Shown here piece after piece: positions 1-8,600 of a stretch of DNA of 64,000 bases (within the stretch, counting starts at the first letter, position 1; every line of letters starts with the position of its first letter). Under the pieces are notes generated by a model. That model ran no database searches. It saw only the letters and a list, made by a program, of their open reading frames with translations, and was not told where the DNA came from. The position numbers and the translations under genes are program-made. Where the stretch lies: NCBI GenBank assembly GCA_029742005.1, contig GCA_029742005.1_4113.1, one strand, 5' to 3'. The stretch comes from a phage.

Positions 1-196
1 TAGCACACTTTACTAGTGATGAATCGCGGGGCGTTCCCTATTGTGCTGTACATGTAAACACTGAGGGTAACTACTGGTTTACGGTTTACGGTTCATATTC
101 ATTTGGACGGCCAGGGCATCAAAAAATTCTGGATAAAGTACAGCCAACGGGTAAAAATATCACTGCTGAAATGTTTTATAAAAAATCATAAAGTAC

Positions 197-256
197 TTGC
201 AATTAGTTTTTAGTACTGTATAATATTTTACATCGCAAGGGGGAGCGGTTCCCCCT
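197..256 (+). promoter_or_regulatory. early promoter plus 5' stem-loop (PeSL-like)
   Basis: TTGCAA 197-202, 16-nt spacer, TATAAT 219-224; stem-loop AGGGGG/CCCCCT 238-256 just downstream. Confidence 0.65.
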
Positions 257-275
257 GGTAACTAAGGATAATCAA

Positions 276-575
276 ATGAAAATTGCAATCATCGCCCTGG
301 CTTTATCTGTTTCCTCTTTCGCTGTTAATGCGTCATTAGATGTAAGTAGTGAAAAATTCATTCAGTGCACTGTTGCAATGACCGATGAAAGTACTGGCGA
401 GATTGTTTTAAAGGATTTAGAGATCCAGCCGGAAGCATTTAAAAACGGGCCGTTCCATGAAGAAGACGAAAAAGGTAGCACGACAATTTATTACGATGCA
501 AGTACTAAACGCGGTTCGGTCACTGTTATGGATACTGAGAAAGTAACTCATACTGGCGTTATTAATTGCCGTTGA
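276..575 (+). CDS. hypothetical secreted protein (N-terminal signal peptide)
   Basis: ORF track; RBS AAGGA upstream; N-terminus MKIAIIALALSVSSFAVNA is signal-peptide like. Confidence 0.7.
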   Translation: MKIAIIALALSVSSFAVNASLDVSSEKFIQCTVAMTDESTGEIVLKDLEIQPEAFKNGPFHEEDEKGSTTIYYDASTKRGSVTVMDTEKVTHTGVINCR

Positions 576-596
576 TAGATACTACGGGGTAACATC

Positions 597-827
597 ATGA
601 CTAAGCGAATTGTTTTACTTAACGAAAGCAGTACTACACAACTACTTAACGCCGTGCATTATGATATTGAAACGAGCGTTAATCTTATCAGTACTGTCGT
701 ACTGTTGGACACTGGAAAGGTCGCCAATGATAAAGCGATTGCAGGTATACTAACGGATCTTGAGCCTGGTAGCAGTGCACCAATAACGTTAAATGGTAAA
801 GTGTTTAACATTTTACTTACTGATTAA
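597..827 (+). CDS. hypothetical protein
   Basis: ORF track; RBS GGGG upstream; followed by terminator. Confidence 0.6.
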   Translation: MTKRIVLLNESSTTQLLNAVHYDIETSVNLISTVVLLDTGKVANDKAIAGILTDLEPGSSAPITLNGKVFNILLTD

Positions 828-833
828 GTACAT

Positions 834-860
834 AGCCCACCCGGTGGGCTTTTTTGTTTT
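834..860 (+). terminator. rho-independent terminator
   Basis: AGCCCAC..GTGGGCT hairpin then T-run. Confidence 0.7.
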
Positions 861-908
861 TGTAGTATCGTAGTACTGAGATACTTTGAAAATAGTTTTA
901 AAAAATAG

Positions 909-936
909 TTGACATTACCGCAGAAAAGCGTAGAAT
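909..936 (+). promoter_or_regulatory. sigma70-like promoter
   Basis: TTGACA 909-914, 16-nt spacer, TAGAAT 931-936; about 120-nt leader before 1060. Confidence 0.55.
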
Positions 937-1059
937 GTATTACATCAAGACGGGGAGCACTAAGTAGACCGCCAGTAAGTCGAACGAAAAACTGGACACG
1001 TCGAGAAAACTTTGATACACTAATAAACGTAAACTAAACTTTAATTGAGGATTTATAAA

Positions 1060-1542
1060 ATGGCTAATGTAAAATCATTCATCAAAGCACTGGTAGCAAA
1101 TGAAACTAACGTCGCGGCAGAGATCCTGGCTGATCTGGATAACGATACCATGAAAGCGGTACGCAATAATTTTAACATCGCTTATAGTACTGCGAAAGAA
1201 CTACAAGCAAATAAAGCGGCAGAAATTGAAGCGGCAAAGGCGGCCCGTGAAGCAGAACTACAAGCAACAATTGAAAGTATCCAGGCGGCAGTAGTTGGAT
1301 TGGATCTGGAAGTAGTTACAGAGATGGCACAAAAAGCCCTGGCGGTTAAGTATGGGGAAGATAAGCCGGAATCTAAGCCTAAAAAATGGATTCAAAAACG
1401 TGTAGCGGTAGTACTGGACAACGGGGAAGAATATCTGATTCCGGTGCGTGGTAACTGCATTGCGGTAGTACTGGATGCGATTAACTCCAGTGGTATGACT
1501 CGCGAGGAATGGATCGAAGCTCATCGCAAAGTGGAAGCATAA
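1060..1542 (+). CDS. hypothetical protein (Ala/Glu-rich helical segment)
   Basis: ORF track frame; start moved to ATG 1060 behind RBS GAGGA; track ATG 1045 has no RBS. Confidence 0.7.
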   Translation: MANVKSFIKALVANETNVAAEILADLDNDTMKAVRNNFNIAYSTAKELQANKAAEIEAAKAAREAELQATIESIQAAVVGLDLEVVTEMAQKALAVKYGEDKPESKPKKWIQKRVAVVLDNGEEYLIPVRGNCIAVVLDAINSSGMTREEWIEAHRKVEA

Positions 1543-1563
1543 CAATTAAAGTACTGAATCACT

Positions 1564-1593
1564 AGCCCACCTTAAACGGTGGGCTTTTTTGTG
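1564..1593 (+). terminator. rho-independent terminator
   Basis: AGCCCACC..GGTGGGCT hairpin then T6. Confidence 0.75.
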
Positions 1594-1609
1594 TTTATCG
1601 TTTACCAGG

Positions 1610-1680
1610 CCACCAGCACCGCCTAGAAACGATTCTAACGCATTAAACTGATTATCTGATGCATTGCCCTAGCTGGTGGC
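1610..1680 (+). repeat. inverted repeat GCCACCAGC / GCTGGTGGC carrying Chi octamers on both strands
   Basis: 9-bp arms about 50 nt apart; right arm contains GCTGGTGG at 1672-1679. Confidence 0.5.
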
Positions 1681-1744
1681 GTTAAGGCTGTAAGAACGCG
1701 ATTGAGAGCGTTTAAAGTATTTTGCAAAAAGTAATAAAAAGTAC

Positions 1745-1806
1745 TTGCACGATTAAGAGATTAGCGTATAATGTTTTACATCGAGAGGGGGAAACGGTTC
1801 TCCTTC
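1745..1806 (+). promoter_or_regulatory. early promoter plus 5' stem-loop (PeSL-like)
   Basis: TTGCAC 1745-1750, TATAAT 1767-1772, GGGGGAAACGGTTCTCC hairpin. Confidence 0.6.
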
Positions 1807-1827
1807 CAAATCAAAGGAATTAAAACA

Positions 1828-2055
1828 ATGGCTATCGTAATCACTCGCGTAACTGGTACTACTGGCAATTCTTCTACTGTTGCTGTAATTACTAATAAGA
1901 AAGGTGCGGAATTGCATTTTGCAATGGATAAATGGGCCGTTAATGAGTTCGGTCAGTGGGCAAGTGTAGCATACATTGAAACCTATCAAGTGCCGTCAAT
2001 TAGTTTAACTGATTTGGGCGTTGAGCGTATCCTTTGCCTGGATGAATTAAATTAA
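1828..2055 (+). CDS. hypothetical protein
   Basis: track ORF 1771..2055 starts inside the -10 box; start moved to ATG 1828 behind RBS AAAGGA. Confidence 0.65.
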   Translation: MAIVITRVTGTTGNSSTVAVITNKKGAELHFAMDKWAVNEFGQWASVAYIETYQVPSISLTDLGVERILCLDELN

Positions 2056-2063
2056 AAAAGTAC

Positions 2064-2122
2064 TTGCAAAGTAAATCAGATAAAGTATAATACATTACAT
2101 CAAGGGGAGAAATGGTTCTCCC
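2064..2122 (+). promoter_or_regulatory. early promoter plus 5' stem-loop (PeSL-like)
   Basis: TTGCAA 2064-2069, TATAAT 2086-2091, hairpin GGGGAGAAATGGTTCTCCC. Confidence 0.6.
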
Positions 2123-2141
2123 TGATAATGAGGAAACTAAT

Positions 2142-2285
2142 ATGAAAACTTGTCAATGTGGTAAAAAATCTATTACTGGTTTAAAGCGGGGCGTTGCACT
2201 TTGCCAGTACCATTATAATTTACAAGTATGGGGTAAAGAATGGGCCGACCAGGTGGAAGCAGCAAAGAAAGCAAAAAGTAAGTAA
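2142..2285 (+). CDS. small Cys-containing protein (47 aa)
   Basis: hand-called; RBS GAGGAA; translation MKTCQCGKKS..CQYHYN; below track cutoff. Confidence 0.45.
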   Translation: MKTCQCGKKSITGLKRGVALCQYHYNLQVWGKEWADQVEAAKKAKSK

Positions 2286-2304
2286 AAATATTATCACAGT
2301 ACTA

Positions 2305-2333
2305 TTGACATAGTTTGATAGTACTGGCATAAT
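2305..2333 (+). promoter_or_regulatory. class-2 promoter (AGTACT-flanked, no stem-loop)
   Basis: TTGACA 2305-2310, 17-nt spacer, CATAAT; same architecture at 5159 and 11379. Confidence 0.55.
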
Positions 2334-2366
2334 AGATTTTATCAAGACAACTAAGAGGAAATTAAA

Positions 2367-2711
2367 ATGGCTAATATCAACACTATCGCAAAACAAAATA
2401 TCAACCTGTCTTCTGTTGAAGTTGTACATATTGCCGCTCGGCGTTGGTTCCAGGCTTCATATGGTAACACTTATTTCTCTTTAAGTGTAGACGTAGAAAT
2501 TGATGGTAATTTTATTGAAGTAGTAAACGTGCCGTTCCAATATGGATACGGGGATCACTTTGACACTGTAGCAATGGAAGAATTTAGCAAGGTTATTAAT
2601 ATGGAAGATAAGGAGTTTACACGCGGAACGTACCTTTCACGTTTTTGCCGTGATAATAATATCACTGTTTATAGTTCTGTTAGTGATGTTAAACGCAAAA
2701 AAGATCTTTAA
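2367..2711 (+). CDS. hypothetical protein (paralog of 8255..8578)
   Basis: ORF track; RBS AAGAGGA; shares GNTY..Y..VKRKKD with 8255 ORF. Confidence 0.7.
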   Translation: MANINTIAKQNINLSSVEVVHIAARRWFQASYGNTYFSLSVDVEIDGNFIEVVNVPFQYGYGDHFDTVAMEEFSKVINMEDKEFTRGTYLSRFCRDNNITVYSSVSDVKRKKDL

Positions 2712-2791
2712 TTAGCTTTACTTTATGCAGATACTTTGATATAGTGTCTGCATAGGGGAAAGAAATTAAATTAACTTAAGAGGATAGTATA

Positions 2792-3061
2792 ATGAAAAAT
2801 ATCAGTACTTTAATCGATGCAGGTACACATGTTCGGCGGTCAATGGTTGCAACCAGTACTACAAAACAAGTAGCGAGCGGTTATCTTGTATTTGTGCACG
2901 ATGGTAAACTCCTGGAACGTTCAATCAATTTTGATGTTAAAAACAATTGCCGTTTTATTATCTTTCGCCGTGAACAATATAAGATCGACATTCCAGCGAA
3001 GCCCATTAGCGGGGCGTATAACGTCTATTCATTGTTTGAGCGTCAACCATACACCTATTAA
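2792..3061 (+). CDS. hypothetical protein
   Basis: ORF track; RBS AAGAGGA. Confidence 0.6.
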   Translation: MKNISTLIDAGTHVRRSMVATSTTKQVASGYLVFVHDGKLLERSINFDVKNNCRFIIFRREQYKIDIPAKPISGAYNVYSLFERQPYTY

Positions 3062-3112
3062 TCAAAACATCGTTAGCGGTTGATTTAGGCCGCTTATATT
3101 GAGGATTATACC

Positions 3113-3385
3113 ATGAACGTTAATCAAGTACTGAATGAGATCGAAAGCATCATTAAACCGATGAAGCGTACTGATGCTATGTTAACACCGGAAGAATGCC
3201 GCCTATATGAGCGTTATAGCGTCGAACAAGTCCAGGCAATGGCTATGGCTACCCCAGCCGTTAAACCGCCTGAGAATGCGTTACAGGACGTTACAGGGGA
3301 TTATATCATCAATCCAGTACTAGGGAAGATGGCTGCAATCACCGAAGATCAACAAGACTACTTAAGCCAGTACTTAAAAGGTTAA
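3113..3385 (+). CDS. hypothetical protein
   Basis: ORF track; RBS GAGGA. Confidence 0.65.
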   Translation: MNVNQVLNEIESIIKPMKRTDAMLTPEECRLYERYSVEQVQAMAMATPAVKPPENALQDVTGDYIINPVLGKMAAITEDQQDYLSQYLKG

Positions 3386-3390
3386 TTAAT

Positions 3391-3600
3391 ATGCTTACTG
3401 TACAGGATAAGATCGACATCTTAAAGGTTAATATGTATGTGATTGATGCCGTACCTGGTAAAGTATTTGCATACGATGATAGTACTGTAAGCGATTTCTA
3501 CTATAGCCAGGACGTGGGGGATCTTTCTGTACAGTCGGTTATTGAAAACGTAGTTAATGCAGCGTATGAGCATTTACTTTCAAATAGTACTTGCAATTAG
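3391..3600 (+). CDS. hypothetical protein
   Basis: ORF track; 3' end overlaps next promoter. Confidence 0.55.
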   Translation: MLTVQDKIDILKVNMYVIDAVPGKVFAYDDSTVSDFYYSQDVGDLSVQSVIENVVNAAYEHLLSNSTCN

Positions 3601-3650
3601 TTTTTAAACGCGTATAATGTTTTACATGAAGGGGAGAAATGATTCTCCCC
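3591..3650 (+). promoter_or_regulatory. early promoter plus 5' stem-loop (PeSL-like)
   Basis: TTGCAA, TATAAT 3613-3618, hairpin GGGGAGAAATGATTCTCCCC 3631-3650. Confidence 0.6.
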
Positions 3651-3669
3651 ACTAATTAAGGAATATGAA

Positions 3670-3816
3670 ATGAAAGCATCAAAAAAGAGTAATACCAAGA
3701 AAGCATGTTCACCTTTCGCTGGGGTATTCCCTTTACGTTTCGTTGATGAAGTAGTTTCCTACCCGCCGGGCCTTACTCCTGAGATGGTAGAAAGTTTGCG
3801 TAAATCTAAAAAATAG
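3670..3816 (+). CDS. small hypothetical protein (48 aa)
   Basis: hand-called; RBS AAGGAA; below track cutoff. Confidence 0.45.
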   Translation: MKASKKSNTKKACSPFAGVFPLRFVDEVVSYPPGLTPEMVESLRKSKK

Positions 3817-3819
3817 TAC

Positions 3820-3879
3820 TTGCAATTAGTTTTTAGTACTGTATAATAGTTTACATGAAGGGGAGAAATGGTTCTCCCC
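3820..3879 (+). promoter_or_regulatory. early promoter plus 5' stem-loop (PeSL-like)
   Basis: TTGCAA 3820-3825, TATAAT 3842-3847, hairpin GGGGAGAAATGGTTCTCCCC. Confidence 0.6.
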
Positions 3880-3897
3880 AATAACAGGAGAATCAAA

Positions 3898-4050
3898 ATG
3901 AAACAATACAACGCTCGGTTTGATGTTACTATCGGTAACGGCAAAGGTCAATTCTCTTTCAGTACTCGCAAAAGTTATACAGAAAACTTCCTGCGTAATT
4001 GTGCACTGACCGCCGCACAAATTAAACATTATTTTCAGGCTAAAAAATGA
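3898..4050 (+). CDS. small hypothetical protein (50 aa)
   Basis: track ORF 3868..4050 starts inside the stem-loop; start moved to ATG 3898 behind RBS AGGAG. Confidence 0.5.
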   Translation: MKQYNARFDVTIGNGKGQFSFSTRKSYTENFLRNCALTAAQIKHYFQAKK

Positions 4051-4136
4051 AAACATTAGCTTACTATAGTTCGGCCCTGGTCGGTGCATTGATCGCGGCG
4101 TTGTTAGTAACCTATCTATTCTTTATGGTGATTTAA
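4047..4136 (+). CDS. putative small hydrophobic peptide (29 aa)
   Basis: hand-called; ATGA overlap with upstream stop; single hydrophobic helix. Confidence 0.3.
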   Translation: MKTLAYYSSALVGALIAALLVTYLFFMVI

Positions 4137-4280
4137 ATGAATCCAACAGGTTTAAACTATAAAAGTTGTTCGGCGTTTACGAAAGCAAATAAAGCGAATG
4201 CACGTAAAGCGAAAGTACAGGAATACATCAAGCAAGGCATGACGCGAAAGGCGGCGATTCTAAAAGCTAAAAATAAATGA
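4137..4280 (+). CDS. small basic protein (47 aa)
   Basis: hand-called; TAAATG overlap; Lys-rich. Confidence 0.35.
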   Translation: MNPTGLNYKSCSAFTKANKANARKAKVQEYIKQGMTRKAAILKAKNK

Positions 4281-4470
4281 AAAAAGTGGTTGACTCCGGT
4301 CAGCCATTTTGCTATTATATATTCATTGAGAGATAGCTCACTAGCCCACAGGGTGCATAAGTGTATCTATTATATAAGTATTGAGTACTGAAAACTATTT
4401 TTAAAAAGTACTTGCAAACTATCTCAATTGGCGTATAATGTTTTACATCGCAAGGGGAAACGGTTTCCCC
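4281..4470 (+). repeat. intergenic cassette copy 1: hairpin, conserved core, early promoter, 5' stem-loop
   Basis: AAAAAG-TGGTTGACTCCGGTCAGCCA-TTTT hairpin; core AGCCCACAGGGTGCATAAGTGTATC; TTGCAA 4412-4417, TATAAT 4434-4439. Confidence 0.6.
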
Positions 4471-4490
4471 TGGTAATAAGGAAACGAATC

Positions 4491-4832
4491 ATGACTATCT
4501 CAATTGCTCAATCTAACTTTGAAAACGAAATCATCGCCCAGGCACTGCGTTTAAATGATGGTCGGGCCGAAATTAATTACGGTTTCAATTCAGGCGGTTG
4601 CGAAAAATATCAGTACTTTGTAACGGCTGATGGCGGTGTCCTGGGGATCAATACAGTTATTGTAAACATTCAGAAAATTAATTTCAATGATCCAGAAGAT
4701 AGCCAGTTTTACATCACGGGTGTGAACGTGAACTATGAGGATGATTATCTAACTGATGATCACACTGGCGAGAAGTTAGAAAGTGCATACGGTGAAGATG
4801 ATTATCAGTCCGGTCCAGAAGATTTTGAATAA
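4491..4832 (+). CDS. hypothetical protein (acidic C-terminus)
   Basis: track ORF 4428..4832 starts in the promoter; start moved to ATG 4491 behind RBS AAGGAA. Confidence 0.7.
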   Translation: MTISIAQSNFENEIIAQALRLNDGRAEINYGFNSGGCEKYQYFVTADGGVLGINTVIVNIQKINFNDPEDSQFYITGVNVNYEDDYLTDDHTGEKLESAYGEDDYQSGPEDFE

Positions 4833-4846
4833 TATTAAAAAATAGT

Positions 4847-4906
4847 TTGACAATAGATTATAGTACTGTATAATAAGTTACATCAAGGGGAGAAATGATT
4901 CTCCCC
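4847..4906 (+). promoter_or_regulatory. early promoter plus 5' stem-loop (PeSL-like)
   Basis: TTGACA 4847-4852, 17-nt spacer, TATAAT 4870-4875, hairpin GGGGAGAAATGATTCTCCCC. Confidence 0.65.
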
Positions 4907-4927
4907 CACTAACAAAGAGAAAACAAA

Positions 4928-5140
4928 ATGGCTAATATCTGCACTGTACTGAAAAATGCAAAACAAGTTTTATTTTCTGATCATGAAAATTTCAACAAGG
5001 ATATTACGGGCGTTCGGAATATCAAAGATGTAAAAAGTGTTATGGGTATCTATTGCAATATGAAACGTGTTGGTACGTTCGGCGACAAAGTACTATACCA
5101 GGCAGGGGATTATAACTTTACATTAACCATTATCAATTAA
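4928..5140 (+). CDS. hypothetical protein
   Basis: ORF track; RBS AAGAGA. Confidence 0.65.
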   Translation: MANICTVLKNAKQVLFSDHENFNKDITGVRNIKDVKSVMGIYCNMKRVGTFGDKVLYQAGDYNFTLTIIN

Positions 5141-5158
5141 AATATATTACCAGTACTA

Positions 5159-5187
5159 TTGACAATGATTGATAGTACTGGCATAAT
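5159..5187 (+). promoter_or_regulatory. class-2 promoter
   Basis: AGTACTATTGACA..GATAGTACTGGCATAAT. Confidence 0.55.
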
Positions 5188-5231
5188 AACTTTTATCAAC
5201 AGTAGTTAACTTAACAAAAGAGAGAAACAAA

Positions 5232-5375
5232 ATGATCGCACTAGATTCATTCATCGACGCAGTACTGGCAAAAACTGGCGAGGATCTGACCGCAGAACAA
5301 TACGCGATGATCGAACAATGTCAGCAAAACGGTAAATCGGTGAAAGATACTGTTAAGATTATCCGCAAGATGTAA
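5232..5375 (+). CDS. small hypothetical protein (47 aa)
   Basis: hand-called; RBS AAGAGAGA; followed by terminator. Confidence 0.5.
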   Translation: MIALDSFIDAVLAKTGEDLTAEQYAMIEQCQQNGKSVKDTVKIIRKM

Positions 5376-5380
5376 GATTA

Positions 5381-5410
5381 TAGCCCACTGGTTAACGCTG
5401 GTGGGCTATA
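5381..5410 (+). terminator. terminator-like hairpin containing a Chi octamer
   Basis: TAGCCCAC..GTGGGCTA stem; GCTGGTGG at 5397-5404; weak T-tract. Confidence 0.5.
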
Positions 5411-5677
5411 ATTCATTACCCTATACAATGCCAGTACTAAACCGTTTATCTCGTTAGAATGCGTTACAGGACGTTTGACAATGATTAGCATGAAATCAGT
5501 ACAAAAACAAATAGAAACATTATCAAAAATTAAACGTAAACAATACTCCTTAGAATATAATATCAATGGTAACTATCATCTAATGAAAGAAAATAATTTT
5601 ATAGTCATTGATGAATCATTGCAAATTATTAGTATAGTACTGAAAGCATTAATCAATGACAGAAAAAAGTTAAAATA

Positions 5678-5935
5678 ATGGCTGTAGGATTCGCGAAAGA
5701 CGGGGCCGAGCAAGACGAGATTAACGCAGTGATTCAGGCCGCCGTAAACCACGCTAGAAAGCAAATTAACGCACAAATAGAATCACTGATACATTGCCGC
5801 GACTGCGGCGATATAATCCCTGAGAAACGACGCCAGGCCGTTAAGGGATGTAAGTACTGCATAACTTGCCAGGAGGATCATGATAGTACTTTTAAACGTC
5901 CCCCGCGTAATTGTTGGCATAGATCTATGAGATAA
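5678..5935 (+). CDS. TraR/DksA-like C4 zinc-finger protein (putative)
   Basis: ORF track; CxxC..CxxC pattern (CRDC..CKYC) in a basic ~85-aa protein. Confidence 0.5.
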   Translation: MAVGFAKDGAEQDEINAVIQAAVNHARKQINAQIESLIHCRDCGDIIPEKRRQAVKGCKYCITCQEDHDSTFKRPPRNCWHRSMR

Positions 5936-5941
5936 AAAGTA

Positions 5942-5999
5942 TTGACAGTACTATCCAGTAGTGTTATAGTACTTACATCAAGGGGAAACATCTTCCCCT
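5942..5999 (+). promoter_or_regulatory. early promoter plus 5' stem-loop (PeSL-like)
   Basis: TTGACA 5942-5947, TATAGT, hairpin AGGGGAAACATCTTCCCCT. Confidence 0.55.
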
Positions 6000-6016
6000 A
6001 CTAAGAGGAAATGAAA

Positions 6017-6205
6017 ATGGAAAACTTATCAAGTATTTTAGTACAAGATGATTTCGGTAATCCTGGAAGTGCTATCATTGTTCGGGGTAATAAAGCAACA
6101 TTTGTTATTGCTGGTGGACCTGTACAGCGTAGCATTAAAAACAATGCCGTTACTATTAATAATGTACGCTATCGCTTAGATAAAGAATTGATTCATAAAC
6201 TGTAA
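6017..6205 (+). CDS. hypothetical protein
   Basis: ORF track frame; second ATG 6017 better spaced from RBS AAGAGGA. Confidence 0.6.
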   Translation: MENLSSILVQDDFGNPGSAIIVRGNKATFVIAGGPVQRSIKNNAVTINNVRYRLDKELIHKL

Positions 6206-6232
6206 TATTAATTTAATAGAGGATAACAATAA

Positions 6233-6556
6233 ATGTACATTCATACTACTATCACAAAGGAAGTCCGTTGCCAGTTCGAAAGTATTCCGGGCGTATGTTT
6301 CATCACTGGTACGTTTTCCCCTGGTGATCGTGATAATCCAGTACTGTTACAATTACGCCATCCATCATGGGATAAAGCATTTGATCTACCGTTGAATGAA
6401 TTCGCAACTACTGCTGAAAAGTACATTAAAAATATTCGCGAGAATGATCGACTATTCATTAATGCTTTTAGTGATTCCGCGTTAAGCGAGATCCACGGCG
6501 TATTGGTTGCAATCATGGAATCAATGGAGAAAACTAAATTCAAACAAGGTGAATAA
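6233..6556 (+). CDS. hypothetical protein
   Basis: ORF track; RBS AGAGGA. Confidence 0.65.
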   Translation: MYIHTTITKEVRCQFESIPGVCFITGTFSPGDRDNPVLLQLRHPSWDKAFDLPLNEFATTAEKYIKNIRENDRLFINAFSDSALSEIHGVLVAIMESMEKTKFKQGE

Positions 6557-6562
6557 AAACTA

Positions 6563-6622
6563 TTGACAATGTAATCTAGTACTGTATAATAAGTTACATG
6601 AAGGGGAGAAATGATTCTCCCC
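6563..6622 (+). promoter_or_regulatory. early promoter plus 5' stem-loop (PeSL-like)
   Basis: TTGACA, TATAAT 6585-6590, hairpin GGGGAGAAATGATTCTCCCC. Confidence 0.65.
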
Positions 6623-6639
6623 ACTGAGAGGAAAGAAAA

Positions 6640-6852
6640 ATGCAAGGTCAACTAATCGTTCGTAAATGGTCTGATACTAACGAAAAACCGTGGGATGTAC
6701 AATACATCGGACCGGACGGTGTTTCACGTTATCAACCTGGCGTAACGCATAGTACTGAGCAATATGCCGCCGCTCACCGCGAACGCCTGTTAGAATCCAT
6801 GAAACAGGGATTCTGTGAAAAATTCATTCAAGATCATTGGCTGAAAGATTAA
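6640..6852 (+). CDS. hypothetical protein
   Basis: ORF track; RBS GAGAGGAAAG. Confidence 0.65.
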   Translation: MQGQLIVRKWSDTNEKPWDVQYIGPDGVSRYQPGVTHSTEQYAAAHRERLLESMKQGFCEKFIQDHWLKD

Positions 6853-6869
6853 TATAAGGAGTACAGCTT

Positions 6870-6962
6870 ATGCAAATGAATCCGATGATTATTGTTTTAG
6901 CTGTACTTATGATCATTCATGCAATTGTAGAAGTATTAACGCAATCAGGAGTAATAAAATGA
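6870..6962 (+). CDS. putative small membrane peptide (30 aa)
   Basis: hand-called; RBS TAAGGAG; hydrophobic. Confidence 0.4.
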   Translation: MQMNPMIIVLAVLMIIHAIVEVLTQSGVIK

Positions 6963-7132
6963 TTCAAGTAGAATTATCAGTACTGAAAGATCTGTTTTAT
7001 CGGATTGGTACTACTGGCGAATATCCGAAGGGTGATAATGCAAAACTTTACGTATCACTCGACTTATGGCAACGCGAACAATTAGCAACAGCGTGGCGTA
7101 AAGGTAAAGCAGATCGCGAGGTGAAAGCATGA
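6959..7132 (+). CDS. small hypothetical protein (57 aa)
   Basis: hand-called; ATGA start/stop overlap. Confidence 0.45.
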   Translation: MIQVELSVLKDLFYRIGTTGEYPKGDNAKLYVSLDLWQREQLATAWRKGKADREVKA

Positions 7133-7278
7133 AAGAATTCTTATTCGAAGTAGTGTTCCAGGGCGTAGGAAGTAACCAACTGATTCGATCAAGTGGTTAC
7201 AATGTTAACCAGGCATGGAATAACATTAAACAAATGTACCCGAACGCTATCACCTATCGCAACCCAAAACAAGTTTAA
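7129..7278 (+). CDS. small hypothetical protein (49 aa)
   Basis: hand-called; ATGA overlap. Confidence 0.4.
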   Translation: MKEFLFEVVFQGVGSNQLIRSSGYNVNQAWNNIKQMYPNAITYRNPKQV

Positions 7279-7494
7279 AAAGAATTGAAAAAGGGATTGA
7301 CTCCGGTCAGTCCCTTTGCTATTATATATTCATTGAAACAATCTAGCCCACAGGGTGCATAAATGTATCTATTGTTTGCTGGTGGCTAGTACTATCAAGT
7401 ACTGAAAACTATTTTTAAAAAGTACTTGCAAAGTATCACGATAAGCGTATAATGTTTTACATCAGGACGGGGAACGAAACAAGTAACTCCCCGT
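7279..7494 (+). repeat. intergenic cassette copy 2
   Basis: GGGATTGACTCCGGTCAGTCCC hairpin, conserved core, Chi GCTGGTGG 7378-7385, TTGCAA/TATAAT 7447-7452, stem-loop ACGGGGA..TCCCCGT. Confidence 0.6.
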
Positions 7495-7543
7495 TAAGTA
7501 GTCCAGGAGTAAGACATACGAAAACCTCCCCTGATAAAATAGT

Positions 7544-7571
7544 TTGACAATAGAAATTAAACGAGTATAAT
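7544..7571 (+). promoter_or_regulatory. sigma70-like promoter
   Basis: TTGACA 7544-7549, 16-nt spacer, TATAAT 7566-7571. Confidence 0.6.
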
Positions 7572-7601
7572 ACTTACATCAACCACAAAGAGGAATACAA
7601 A

Positions 7602-7802
7602 ATGAAACATTTTACTTTCGGTGTAGTAGGCTTTACAGTATCCAGCGGCGTTTATAAATCAGAACGCGGTGCTAAAAATGCAGCAAGTCGGGCGTATGGT
7701 TCACAGCGTGACTTACAGGTCGGTTATATTAGTAACATTAATAACATGTTTATTCCTGTTTCACAGCGTAAAGCGGGTAACATGAAATGGGAAACAATTT
7801 GA
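7602..7802 (+). CDS. hypothetical protein
   Basis: ORF track; RBS AAGAGGAA. Confidence 0.65.
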   Translation: MKHFTFGVVGFTVSSGVYKSERGAKNAASRAYGSQRDLQVGYISNINNMFIPVSQRKAGNMKWETI

Positions 7803-7811
7803 TAAAATAGT

Positions 7812-7870
7812 TTGACAATAGTTTTTAGTACTGTATAATAGTTTACATCAAGTGGGGAATAGTTCCCCAC
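7812..7870 (+). promoter_or_regulatory. early promoter plus 5' stem-loop (PeSL-like)
   Basis: TTGACA 7812-7817, TATAAT, hairpin GTGGGGAATAGTTCCCCAC. Confidence 0.65.
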
Positions 7871-7891
7871 CTAACAAAGAGAGAAATTAAA

Positions 7892-8167
7892 ATGCGGATT
7901 CTACTGACAGCTAACGAAATCGAGCAAGTACTGACTACTAACCTGGAAGACTGGAAACGTGATGCAGATATCCAGGCGGTTCAATGCCTTAACGATAAGT
8001 TAACGCCAGATGACTTAAGCACGATTGTTGATCCACAATTTTATGAAGATATTCACGACATGGATTTAAGCGTAGAGGATGTACTTGATAAGCACTACAT
8101 TGATACTGATTTACAGGTTTACGGTCGTAAAAACTTTATCACTATTCACGACATTTACAATACTTAA
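7892..8167 (+). CDS. hypothetical protein (acidic)
   Basis: ORF track; RBS AAGAGAGA. Confidence 0.7.
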   Translation: MRILLTANEIEQVLTTNLEDWKRDADIQAVQCLNDKLTPDDLSTIVDPQFYEDIHDMDLSVEDVLDKHYIDTDLQVYGRKNFITIHDIYNT

Positions 8168-8170
8168 GTA

Positions 8171-8231
8171 TTGACAAAGTATCTTAGTACTGTATAATAG
8201 TTTACATCAAGTGAGGGGAATGGTTCCCCTC
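8171..8231 (+). promoter_or_regulatory. early promoter plus 5' stem-loop (PeSL-like)
   Basis: TTGACA 8171-8176, TATAAT 8193-8198, hairpin GAGGGGAATGGTTCCCCTC. Confidence 0.65.
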
Positions 8232-8254
8232 CTAACAAAAAGAGAGAAATTAAA

Positions 8255-8578
8255 ATGGCTATGATCCTTACCCAGAAAGTAGAAATGAAAATTGTAACTT
8301 CCTTTGACATTAAAGTTAATCGGTGGACTGATAGCCACGGCAATACTTACCACTCATGCTACGTGTCTGCATTGATTGGTGACCGCTGGGAAGACCTGGG
8401 ACATGAAACCTTTACTTACGGTTACGGTACACAAGGCGAATACACGGGCTTGGAGATCATTAAAGAAACTGTAATAGGTTTCAACCCGAAAGAGAAAGTA
8501 CTACACAGAATTGAGGATGAGATCAACAAAGAAATTACAGTTCGTTACTACGATGTAAAACGTAAGAAAGACATGTAA
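8255..8578 (+). CDS. hypothetical protein (paralog of 2367..2711)
   Basis: ORF track; shared GNTY..YGYG..VKRKKD signature. Confidence 0.7.
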   Translation: MAMILTQKVEMKIVTSFDIKVNRWTDSHGNTYHSCYVSALIGDRWEDLGHETFTYGYGTQGEYTGLEIIKETVIGFNPKEKVLHRIEDEINKEITVRYYDVKRKKDM

Positions 8579-8600
8579 TAGAATCCATTTAAAGTACTAT

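Noticed and set aside
5475-5678. 67-aa ORF MTMISMKSVQ..
   Set aside because: Extremely AT-rich, starts inside a TTGACA-like box, and has no RBS; more likely the leader or promoter region for the TraR-like gene. Not excluded.
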